From positions 1 through 43,585 of the IMG/VR virus record IMGVR_UViG_3300032306_000120: a stretch of DNA of 43,585 bases; one strand, written 5' to 3'. Every line of letters starts with the position of its first letter. Positions within the stretch are counted from its first letter, which is position 1. A program made the translations under genes and the position numbers. Source of the DNA: a virus (Duplodnaviria > Caudoviricetes). A model generated the notes under the pieces. The model searched no databases, was not told the DNA's origin, and saw only the letters and a list, made by a program, of their open reading frames with translations. Below are positions 16,045 through 25,100 of the stretch, piece after piece.

Positions 16045-16314
16045 TCAGCTGCCCTGGGTAGGTTGGGCAGACTTGTTCAGTTCGATCAGGTTCGTCCAGT
16101 GCTTGCGCGCCGCATTCTGCTTCGCGCGCGCGCACATCACGCACATCGTCGACCGCGTGTAGCGGAGCGGCGACTGGCACTTGCGGCACGGCATGCCGAT
16201 GTAGTGACTGCTACCCTGCTGGGCAGCGGTCATGCGGGCCTGAGACGCGGCCGCGCGAGCGTCGTTCAACTGGTTGGTTTCGGTGGTCATGGTGTTCGTG
16301 TCGGTGTTTGACAT
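16045..16314 (-). CDS. Small Zn-ribbon protein
   Basis: YIGMPCRKC...RY...CVMC motif, as found at the N-termini of some phage HNH proteins. Confidence 0.65.
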   Translation of the reverse strand: MSNTDTNTMTTETNQLNDARAAASQARMTAAQQGSSHYIGMPCRKCQSPLRYTRSTMCVMCARAKQNAARKHWTNLIELNKSAQPTQGS

Positions 16315-16320
16315 GCCGAA

Positions 16321-16349
16321 ACTCAACCACAACCGCGACCTGTTGTCAA
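16321..16349 (-). promoter_or_regulatory. Promoter TTGACA-17-TTGAGT, 6 nt before ATG 16314
   Basis: -35 at 16344-16349 (contains the upstream TGA stop), -10-like at 16321-16326. Confidence 0.6.
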
Positions 16350-16705
16350 TACTCGTATGGCACGAACTCTCCGTCCACCAAGCAGACCGACACCTTGCGC
16401 ACTGCCCATGTCTTCCGCTTGCCGGCTTTGCCCACCTTGCGCCAGCCCCACACCTCGAACGTGCCGCCACTGTTCAGCCACAGCTTCAGCCTGGGCTCTG
16501 CCATCGCCTTCTTCAACCGAGCCGCGACCGACGCGCCGGCGCAGGCCTGAATCCCTGTGACTCGCATGCCGTCACCGACGGCGACGATGTCGATGCATCC
16601 GAACAGGTCTTGGCGAATGCGAGCGTGAGGGTTCCACTTCTCGACGACCTGCGCCGTCAGGTCGTACTTGCGGAGCAGAGCCAGCGTGCGTTGGGTTGGT
16701 GACAT
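16346..16705 (-). CDS. PD-(D/E)XK nuclease, Holliday-junction-resolvase-like
   Basis: MSPTQRTLALLR...VEKWNPHARIRQDLFGCIDIVAV...GIQAC...FEVWGW pattern. Confidence 0.65.
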   Translation of the reverse strand: MSPTQRTLALLRKYDLTAQVVEKWNPHARIRQDLFGCIDIVAVGDGMRVTGIQACAGASVAARLKKAMAEPRLKLWLNSGGTFEVWGWRKVGKAGKRKTWAVRKVSVCLVDGEFVPYEY

Positions 16706-16809
16706 GCGCGCAGTATGACACACCGCGCGCGGATTCTTTCACAACCCACTTGCAATCTGCCGATCAAGCCCTACGTTCTCGCTCTCTTCCGAACCCAAAC
16801 CAGAAGCAC
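16706..16809. promoter_or_regulatory. Divergent promoter region
   Basis: Minus strand: TGtCATACT (-10 at 16712-16717) 6 nt before ATG 16705. Plus strand: TTGCAA (16750-16755)-16-TACGTT (16772-16777), then an AC-rich leader. Confidence 0.5.
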
Positions 16810-17112
16810 ATGCACTACTACACTCGTCTCTGTGAACTCATCCAAGCCGCGCGCGATACGCAGTGGCTCGTCCAGGCTGACCTGCGCGACAACGACGTCC
16901 CGTTCAACGACAAGCAGACCGTGATGGTCACCGTCCCGTTGCAGTGCGCCATCGAGCAGCTGCGCGTCGCCTGCACCAACGCGTTCGCCCTCGCCTCTGC
17001 GGCACCGCACATCTGCGGCCCCGAGCACGTCCACACGCTCGTCAACGACGACATCGAGCAATGCCAGAAGCTGCTCGACACCCCGGATGTCGACCTCACG
17101 GAGGCCTTCTGA
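16810..17112 (+). CDS. Hypothetical protein
   Basis: 100 aa from ATG 16810, TGATG-coupled to the exonuclease. Confidence 0.6.
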   Translation: MHYYTRLCELIQAARDTQWLVQADLRDNDVPFNDKQTVMVTVPLQCAIEQLRVACTNAFALASAAPHICGPEHVHTLVNDDIEQCQKLLDTPDVDLTEAF

Positions 17113-17894
17113 TGAGCGGCCAACCCATCAAGATCGCGGCCGTCTCGTCGGAGTCGGGCCACTGGTATGACCAACTCGGCCGGCAGGTCGAGCTTGTCGA
17201 GGGCAGCAAGGGACAGCCGGTCAAGCCTGACCTGCGCCACGCCCGCAAGCTGAACCTCGCCCCTGGCATCACGACTGTGCTCAAGGTCGCGCACCGCGAA
17301 CAGCTGGTGCAGTATCGCGAACGGCAGGCAGCCTGGGCTGCGCTCACGTTGCCGCGCGTCGCCGGCGAGACCGACGAGGACTTCGTCGCGCGCATCCTGC
17401 GTGACGGTGGGCAAGCCGCGCGCACCGCAGCTGACCAGGGTAGCAACATCCACGGCCGCATCGAGAAGGGCATCGCAGATCCCTACTGCACCGACGAACT
17501 CGTGCTCGCTGTGCGCAGCGTGCTGCCGGTTGTCGGCACTCCGTGGTCGTGCGAGCAGTCGGTCGTCAACACGCGCTACGGCTACGGCACGAAGGCGGAC
17601 ATTCACAACCGCGAGTCCAACATCGTGTTGGACTTCAAGACCAAGGACGGGTCGGTCGCCGAGTCCGTCATGTATGCCGAGCACATGATGCAGCTGGCGG
17701 CCACGCGCTACGCGCTCGGCATGCCAACCGCCAAGGTTGGCATCGTGTTCGTCTCGCGCACGCAGTGCGAAGCGTCGATCTGCTGGGCCGGCGAAGACCA
17801 GATCGCAGCACAGTGGCAGGTGTTCCTCGCGCAGCTGAACCTCTGGCAACTCAAGTCCAACTACCGCCCTGCTTGGGCCAACCCCGTCTACTGA
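17112..17894 (+). CDS. PD-(D/E)XK (RecB/Cas4-like) recombination exonuclease
   Basis: Motifs GHWYD, PGITTVL, GSNIH, E...GYGTKAD...VLDFKT...MQLAA. Adjacent to ERF. Confidence 0.8.
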   Translation: MSGQPIKIAAVSSESGHWYDQLGRQVELVEGSKGQPVKPDLRHARKLNLAPGITTVLKVAHREQLVQYRERQAAWAALTLPRVAGETDEDFVARILRDGGQAARTAADQGSNIHGRIEKGIADPYCTDELVLAVRSVLPVVGTPWSCEQSVVNTRYGYGTKADIHNRESNIVLDFKTKDGSVAESVMYAEHMMQLAATRYALGMPTAKVGIVFVSRTQCEASICWAGEDQIAAQWQVFLAQLNLWQLKSNYRPAWANPVY

Positions 17895-17896
17895 TC

Positions 17897-18532
17897 ATGC
17901 AGAACCTACTGACCGCTCTCTGCTCGGCATCGGCCGAGATCACCAACCCCAAGAAGGACAGCAACAACCCGCACTTCCGCACCCAGTATGCCTCCCTTGA
18001 GAGCGTGCTGGATGCGGTCATGGGCCCGTTGCAGAAGCACGGTCTCGTGCTCATGCAGACGCTGACCTCTGTCGACCAAGACATGCAGCTGGACACGATC
18101 CTGTTCCACGCCAAGTCGGGCGAGAACATCCGGTCGACGCTGCGCCTGTCGCCTCAGAAGAAAGACCCGCAGGGCTACGCTGCTGCTTGCACTTACTACC
18201 GACGCTTGTCGATCAAGGCGATGCTCGGTCTTGCCGAGGTCGACGACGATGGCAACGAGGCATCGGAACCGCCGCGCGCGTCGAAGCCTGCGGCCAAGCC
18301 GGCAGCCAAGCCTGAAGCAAAGCCCACGCCGGCAGCCGTGCAGATGGTGCAGCAGCATGTCGGCGGACAGCAGGTCGACACGGGCGACGCAATCTGCGAG
18401 CTCATGGAGAACTGCACCGACATCGACACGCTGCTCGAACTGGCGGAGCGCGCCAAGCAGCTTCCTCCCGATGAGAAGGAAGCATGCCGGCAGGTCTACA
18501 CTCGACGCCGCAAGCAGCTGACGGGCAACTAG
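17897..18532 (+). CDS. erf: ERF-family single-strand annealing protein
   Basis: KKDSNNPHFRTQYASLESVLDAV...HGL...H.KSGE...DPQGYAAACTYYRRLSI.AMLGL...DDDGN, followed by a KPAA repeat linker. Confidence 0.88.
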   Translation: MQNLLTALCSASAEITNPKKDSNNPHFRTQYASLESVLDAVMGPLQKHGLVLMQTLTSVDQDMQLDTILFHAKSGENIRSTLRLSPQKKDPQGYAAACTYYRRLSIKAMLGLAEVDDDGNEASEPPRASKPAAKPAAKPEAKPTPAAVQMVQQHVGGQQVDTGDAICELMENCTDIDTLLELAERAKQLPPDEKEACRQVYTRRRKQLTGN

Positions 18533-18540
18533 CCCGTCAG
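18518..18540. terminator. Hairpin at the convergence of the plus- and minus-strand operons
   Basis: Perfect 9-bp inverted repeat CTGACGGGC-aacta-GCCCGTCAG covering both stop codons. No U-tract. Confidence 0.45.
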
Positions 18541-18839
18541 ACTGCGTCGGGCGGCTTCGGCGGCTCGGCCTTCTTGGGCCACAACGCGCGCAGCAACGGC
18601 ACCAGCAGCGGCTTGCCAACCATCAGCAAGCGAGCCACCGCCGGCAATCCGAGCACCGTCAGCACAGTGACGACGATGTCGATTGGTTCGCTGCCGCCTA
18701 CCTCTGGCAGCACCACGCCGCTTCCGGAAGGTGGAGTCGAGCCGTCTGTTGCAACGGGCGTTGCCGCCGCTGCCCAGCTGTCGAGGAACTTGCAGCTGCT
18801 CAATGCTGCCAACGAGCACCACATCGCCAGTCGCTTCAT
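18537..18839 (-). CDS. Lipoprotein with C-terminal hydrophobic helix (u-spanin-like topology)
   Basis: MKRLAMWCSLAALSSC lipobox, Pro/Gly/Ser linker, IVVTVLTVLGLPAVA hydrophobic segment. Confidence 0.55.
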   Translation of the reverse strand: MKRLAMWCSLAALSSCKFLDSWAAAATPVATDGSTPPSGSGVVLPEVGGSEPIDIVVTVLTVLGLPAVARLLMVGKPLLVPLLRALWPKKAEPPKPPDAV

Positions 18840-19108
18840 CGCTTCTCCATTTGCGTCTCGACCCGCGTCATCCGTTGAAGCAGGTCTGCTCGCATGGCAT
18901 CGATGCTAGCACGAAGTGCTCGTAGTTCTTCGACCACGCCGTGCGCTGTCCGCCTGTCCGTGTCGATCTGCTGCGTCAACGCGGACACTTTTCCCGACAG
19001 CTGAGTGATGTCCTGTGACGTATGCCATGCCCACCCGATGCCGGGAATAACTACCGCAGAGCACGCAAGAGAGACGATCTTGAGGGCTGTGTCGATTCGC
19101 GTTGGCAT
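18836..19108 (-). CDS. Small N-terminal-TM coiled-coil protein (holin/i-spanin-like)
   Basis: MPTRIDTALKIVSLACSAVVIPGIGWAW TM segment then coiled coil. TACATT lies 6 nt upstream of ATG 19108. Confidence 0.55.
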   Translation of the reverse strand: MPTRIDTALKIVSLACSAVVIPGIGWAWHTSQDITQLSGKVSALTQQIDTDRRTAHGVVEELRALRASIDAMRADLLQRMTRVETQMEKR

Positions 19109-19149
19109 ACCCACAATGTAGGCCTGCTCTGCGCTGTTGGCACCGGGAT

Positions 19150-22100
19150 TCATCGGCCGCCCCACTGAGATCCACCGAACACGAGCGCGCGCACAGCATC
19201 CATCGCGTTGACCGGCTCGGCCCTGCCGGTTGCCCAGTCGATGCCTGACCCCACCGGCTTGGCTACCCACAGGGTGGGCAGTCCGGTCGCCATGGAGAAC
19301 AGCCACGACCACTCCTTGGCGTCCTTGCCTTGCACGTCGCGGCCTTCGTAGAAGACCTCGACCAAGGACTTCGCGCCACGGATGGACTTCTCCACCGCCG
19401 TCAGCGCAGGGACGTTGAGTAACCTGTCGTTGTAGGGCTTGTCGTCCATGGCGTTGGCAATAGACGCTACCACCGGACCAACCACAGGCAACATCGCAGT
19501 CGCACCGCGCGCCTGCGACGCCACGAAGACCTCGAACCAAACGTCGTCGATGCCGTCCCCGTCTTCGTCGTCCTCCCAGTCTCCGGTTGCAGCTTTGCTG
19601 ATCGCATCGCCGATTACCATGGGCATCAGGAACCCCATGACGTAGACGTGGAGCATGCGGATGCTGCCGCTCTTCCATCCGATGTCCCGCTTGATCGCCT
19701 TCAGCAGGCTCATGTTGCCGTGCATCAGGGTGATGAAGTAGCTCTGGAACTGGAAGACGAGCTTCGACCATTCGCCGGCGTTGTGCATCGCACTGATCGA
19801 CTCAGGGTTCAGAGATCCCTGCGTCTTGCGCACGATGCCGTCCGCATGCGCAACCGCATCCACAACCTTCTGCTCTTGGGTCAGCGACGCGTCGTCGCGC
19901 AGCTGATCCATGCGGTGGTTGAACGCGGCCGTCCACGCGATCGAGTCGACCTGATTCTGGAACAGTGACTGGAGCCAGTAGGCCTGACGCTCAACCTTCT
20001 CGCGGTATTTCTGGAACAGGTTGGGATCGTTCAGCATGTCGTCGAGATCGCCGGCAAGCTCCATCAGCTTGTTGCGCCTGCGCTCGAACATGAACGAGGA
20101 GTAGGCCTCTTGCGCTTTCGCCATGTCGCCGGCCTTGCCGGTCCAGAACATCGCGAACGCACGAGCCCAGTATTTGATGGGCACGCGCGTCATCGTCACG
20201 AAGTGACCAGTCATCTGCTGCAACGCGTTCGCCAGATGGTTGAACATCTGGTTGATGCCCGTGCGCTTGCGCAGCCAGCGAGCGATCCATCCCGTCGACG
20301 TAGTGTCGGGGTCGCGCGCCTGCGTTTGCCGGCTGACTCGGTGCAGCCACGGTGTGAACAGCGACGTGATCAACGTCGGATCGAACCCTTCGATCGCTGA
20401 CTTCAGGTTCTTCTGCTTCAGCACCAGCATGACCTTCTTGACGACAGGCTGGATGTAGGCGAACTGGAGAGCCTCCGTCAGGTGAATGCCTGACAGACGC
20501 ACGTCCAGTTGCAGCGGCCGGTATTCGTGCTCGACGCGCGTGATGCCGAAGCCGCGCGGTGCTTGCGGGTGCAGCACTCGTGCTTCGCTTTCGAGCGTCG
20601 ATTCGAGGTCGCGCTCCGCAGCTTCCATGCTCTTCGTCGAGTCCTGCTTCGCCGGCCAGTAGCCACCAGGGAACGTCCCGTGCACGGTGACGATGCCCTC
20701 GGTCTCGATCGTCTTGAACGGAACACCGAACACCGCGCGCCATGCACGTTGCGTCAGCGGCAGGATCGTTGCGTTCAGATCCCACAACTCCTGCACCGCA
20801 GCCATGTCGGCCTTTGTGATGATCGGGTTGTCGCCACTCATCACACGATCCAAGAACTTCTGCCAGTTCTCGGTGTTCAACGTGCCGTCTTCGTTGAGCG
20901 AGCCCCAGCTTTGCGACCTGTCGTCGTGCCGCTTCATGCCCAGCAGCAGACGCGTGAGGTTGCTCATGTTGCCGCTTTGCAGGATGGCACCCAGCAGGTG
21001 GGCCTTGCTCTCGAACTCGTAGCCGCCGAGCTCTTCAGCAACCAACGGTTCCTTCCACCGCTTGAGGTTACCGAACTTCTTGATGATCTGGTTGCTCTGC
21101 TCCTTCAGGTCGCCGGCGTGCTTGCGCCATGCGTCGATCGCCATCTGCACGGGACGGTAGAACAGCTTGGTCCACGCGCCGGCAACGGGGTTCCCGTTCG
21201 CGTCTACGCCATCCATCATCTCGCACCACAACTCGACGATCTTGGTCTTGTTCCACGTCGTCAGCAGGCGACGCGTCTTGCGCTCCTTGTCGCTCGTCGC
21301 GGTCCTCCACTTGTCCTTGGTAGCCGTGCGCTCCTGCTTGCGCAGTGACTCCGACAACTGGTTGGCAGCATCCTCTGCCTCCATGCGCCGGCCCTCGACT
21401 TCCATCTTCTTGGCCTGCAACGAGTAGACCCACAGCGACTCCAGCGTGTCGGACAGATCGCGGAACTGGTCCACGGTCAAGTCCTTCCATAGCGGAGCCG
21501 TGACGTCTCGCTTCGCAGCATCCTTCGACCGCTCTGCTGCGATCGTCGCGGCATGCGCAACGGCCATCTCGACCTCGTCTGCCATCGCAGGGTTGAACTC
21601 GCGCACCTTGCCGACAGCAGCTTGCACCGCTTCGGGCGTGATCGCCTCCGAGTTGGGGCCGAGCCCATACAACGAGGCCAACGCGCGAGCCATCAACACG
21701 ACCTCGATCATGCGCCGCTCGCCCAGCTTTGTGTCGCTGGCGAACATGCCGCGCGTCATCTTCTTCGTGCGGCCGATCAGGTCCGACAGCTTGTCGGCCA
21801 ATACCACCATCGCGTGATGCACAAGCTCCGTCGTCTTCGCATCGACGGCTGCTTGGTGGTTGCCCTTCTTGCGCGACTTGTCCGCATCCTCGCGAGCCTT
21901 GCGTGCAATGCGCTCGTGCTTCGATGCCGAGACCTCGGACACGCGGCGGCCGGCGATCATCTTCTTCGCAGCCTTGTTCGCTGCGTCGACGATCGACCGG
22001 ATCGGCGTGCGCATGCCGTAGGCCTTGCGCTCTTGGTCTGCGATCTGGTTGTCCAGTGCTCGCTTCTCGTCCAGCATGCGGAGCAGGTCGGAGTCCAGCA

Positions 22101-25100
22101 ACGCCTGCCGCTGGTCCTGTAGCTGCTGCGCTTCTGGGCTCTTCTTGTCCTTCATGCGCCGCAGCTTCTTGTCGATCTCCGACACAGCCGTGCGCACGTT
22201 CTTCGCCGCTGCGTTGCGTGCAGCGGTGACCGCTGCGTAGGCAGCGCGCACAGCCTTGCGAGCGTCGCGGATCTTGATCGGATCCTTCTCCTTGATCGCT
22301 GCATCCAAAGCATCCTCGGCCTTGGTGACAGCTTGCTCGGTCGTCTGCTCGGCAAGACGTTGACGCTCCTTCTTGATGCGCTTGACCAACTCGTCGCGCT
22401 GCTTCTTGATCTCGCCGATGCGAACGATCGCTGCTTCGCGCTCGGCCTTTTGCTCAGGCGTCTGCGCAGCAGCATCTGCTTGCATGCGAAGGATCGTCAT
22501 CTCGTGGTCGAGCTCGATCGCGATCAACTCCTCGCGGTGCTTGTTGTGCAACGCCGCTCCGATCTCGTCGGCGATGTCCTTCTCGTCGTAGAACTCGCTG
22601 TATTCGTCGAGCATCCGCTGGTCGGTGCGCTCCTGCACCAGCTCTTGCTGCGGCTTCGCGTTCAGCAAAGCCTTGAGCAACTCGGTCGCGTTGTTGTAGC
22701 CGACCATCGCACCCACCAACGTCGGGCTCTGCCCACGCTCGGACATCATCGAGCCGAGCTTGCGTTCGATCGCTTCCTCGTCGATGAGCCCAGGGATCTT
22801 CAAGTCTGCCAGGATCTCAAGCACATCGGCACGATTCAGCTTGCGGCTCTCGCCCTTCTCCAAGCCGGTGTCGCCCATGTCCTTGCCGGCTTCGTCGATC
22901 ATCACGCCGGTGCGCATCCACGACATCAACCGATACACAGGCATGCGCTCGACTTCGGCTGCAACCTCGGCTTCCACACGCTCGCGAATCTTCGCAGCCT
23001 TCTCTTGGATGGAGTCGAGAACGCGCAACGCGCCGCGCCCCAGCATCTTCATCATGCGCGTGCGTCGCTCCGTCAGCCTCTCTGCTGCTGCGTCGCGTGC
23101 ACGTTGGCGAACAGCTGCGTGGTTCTCCCACTCCGCCTTCGTCATGCCGGCAGCCAACGCTTGCTCTTCGGTCAGATACAACGGCTGCATGCTGCGCGCG
23201 CCTTGCGTCGCTTGGATCTCGTCGTCCGCTGCGAGCATGCGAGACATCACCATTTGCACATCGCCGCGCAGGATCGGCAGATCCTCGCCGAACTCCTGCT
23301 TGTAGGTCTCGTTCAGCACGTCGCGGATGTTGGTGTAGACGCGCAGCAACCAGCGGCGGAACGTCGCGAACACACCGTCCAGGTCTTCGACCGGAGCAAT
23401 GCCTTCCGACAACCAGATCTCCCACGAGTAGGCGAACCGCTCGTGGTATTTGCGCTGCCCTTCAAGGCCCAACGCGTTCCACTCGTCGAGCGACTTGATG
23501 CCGAACCAGTCGAGCAGCACGGCAGCATCACGCTTGTCTGCCTCGGCCGCGTTGGGCAAGCCGGCGTCGCGCATCAGCCACACCATGAACATGTGGCTCG
23601 CCTCGTGCAGGAAGGTGGACATGTCCGCCTTCTGCTTGAGCAGGATCGTCATGCTTTCGGGGAAGAACTCGCCGCGCACGTCGGTGCCAGGAGTCGGCCT
23701 CGCCGGCGCAACGGAACGCAGCTGCCGCAGCGACTGCTGCTTCGTCTGCTTCGCCTGCACAGCTGCGATCTGCTTGGCCTGCTCTTCGAGAGCGTCGCCG
23801 TATTCGAGCGTCTTGCCCTCGGTGCCGGTGTAGGGGCCGACGTATTCGGGGTCGGCCACAAGCATCACGACGTCAGGCTCGCCGTGGTTGAACGCCTTGT
23901 AGAGCGACTTGTCCCAATCGCTCGGAGCTTGCGAGTCGTCCCACTTCACGCGCGCGGCAACGCGCAAGCCGTGGCCTGCGTAGATCCCAGGCAACGCAGT
24001 GTCGAAAGCGTCAGCCTTCAGCCCGCCTTCTTGGATGCCCAGGTCGACAAGCACGCGGCCTGAGTTGCCGCTGCTGAACGCCGACACGAGATCGCCGTCG
24101 GCCTTGATGGCAAAGCCAGACAGCCCGTCTTGGGTCAGGAACAACCGCATGTCGCGGTAGCTCTCGGCGTCGTAGACATACACCGACGAACCGAACTTCG
24201 ACGTCTGCTTCGACCGCGCGATCGACTGGCGGAAGAGCTCGACAGCAGCTGCATCCTTGGGGTCGAGCTCAACGATGCGCGGCGTCGCGTAGCCTTCGTT
24301 CGAGAAGGCGGCTCGCAGCATCGCGCCGGCTTCCCACAGCTTGAGGATGCCGACGTTGCGGAACGCGTCTAGTAGCCCAGATCGCGTTGCATCTCCGACA
24401 GGTCGCGATCGGTGGGACCACTTCGCGGCGTCGGGGCCTCGGCGTCCGACTCGGGCTCGGACAGCAGCGTCGTGCCCCTTGACTGTTCCTGCGGTGGCAG
24501 GATGCCGCGCACCAAGAGCCTTTGCGTCGACGGCAACTCTTGACGCTCCAGCTGCGCGATTTGCGCGCGCAACCCCGTCAAGAACGGACTGTCCTTTCCA
24601 TCCTGGGAAAGCACGTCCAGTTGCTCCCGTAGCACGTTCAGTAGGTTCAGCATAGTTCTGGATGTCGTCTTCGAACGCGACGCGAGTTGAGCCCCACATC
24701 ACGTTGGAGAAGCTCACGTCAGGATACAGCTGCGTGATCCGATGCGCAGCCTGCATCATAATACCAAACCGGCGCATGACCTCTTCGCCGACCTGATCCT
24801 CCGATAGCGAGGCCCAGTCGAATACGCCGTAGCGTTGCTCGAACTCCGGGACCAACTGGAACCGGACGCCTACGACGTTGCCGGTTTGACCGCTGCGCAC
24901 CTGCGGAGTAGCGCGCCCGTCGGTGATGACGGTGTAGCCCATCGTCGGCAAACCGCCGATGTTGCTGATGCGATCCATGATCGCCTGCCGTTCTTCGATG
25001 GAACCGCCGCTGCGGAAATACACCTCGACCGACGGGCGATGCTCCTTCGGGTTGAACCGCACCTCGTAGCCGATCGACGTCGTGCCGTCGTCGTGCTTCT

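Noticed and set aside
17112-17894. Cas4/CRISPR-associated nuclease
   Set aside because: It lacks the four-Cys Fe-S cluster pattern and is paired with ERF, so a recombination exonuclease is the simpler call.
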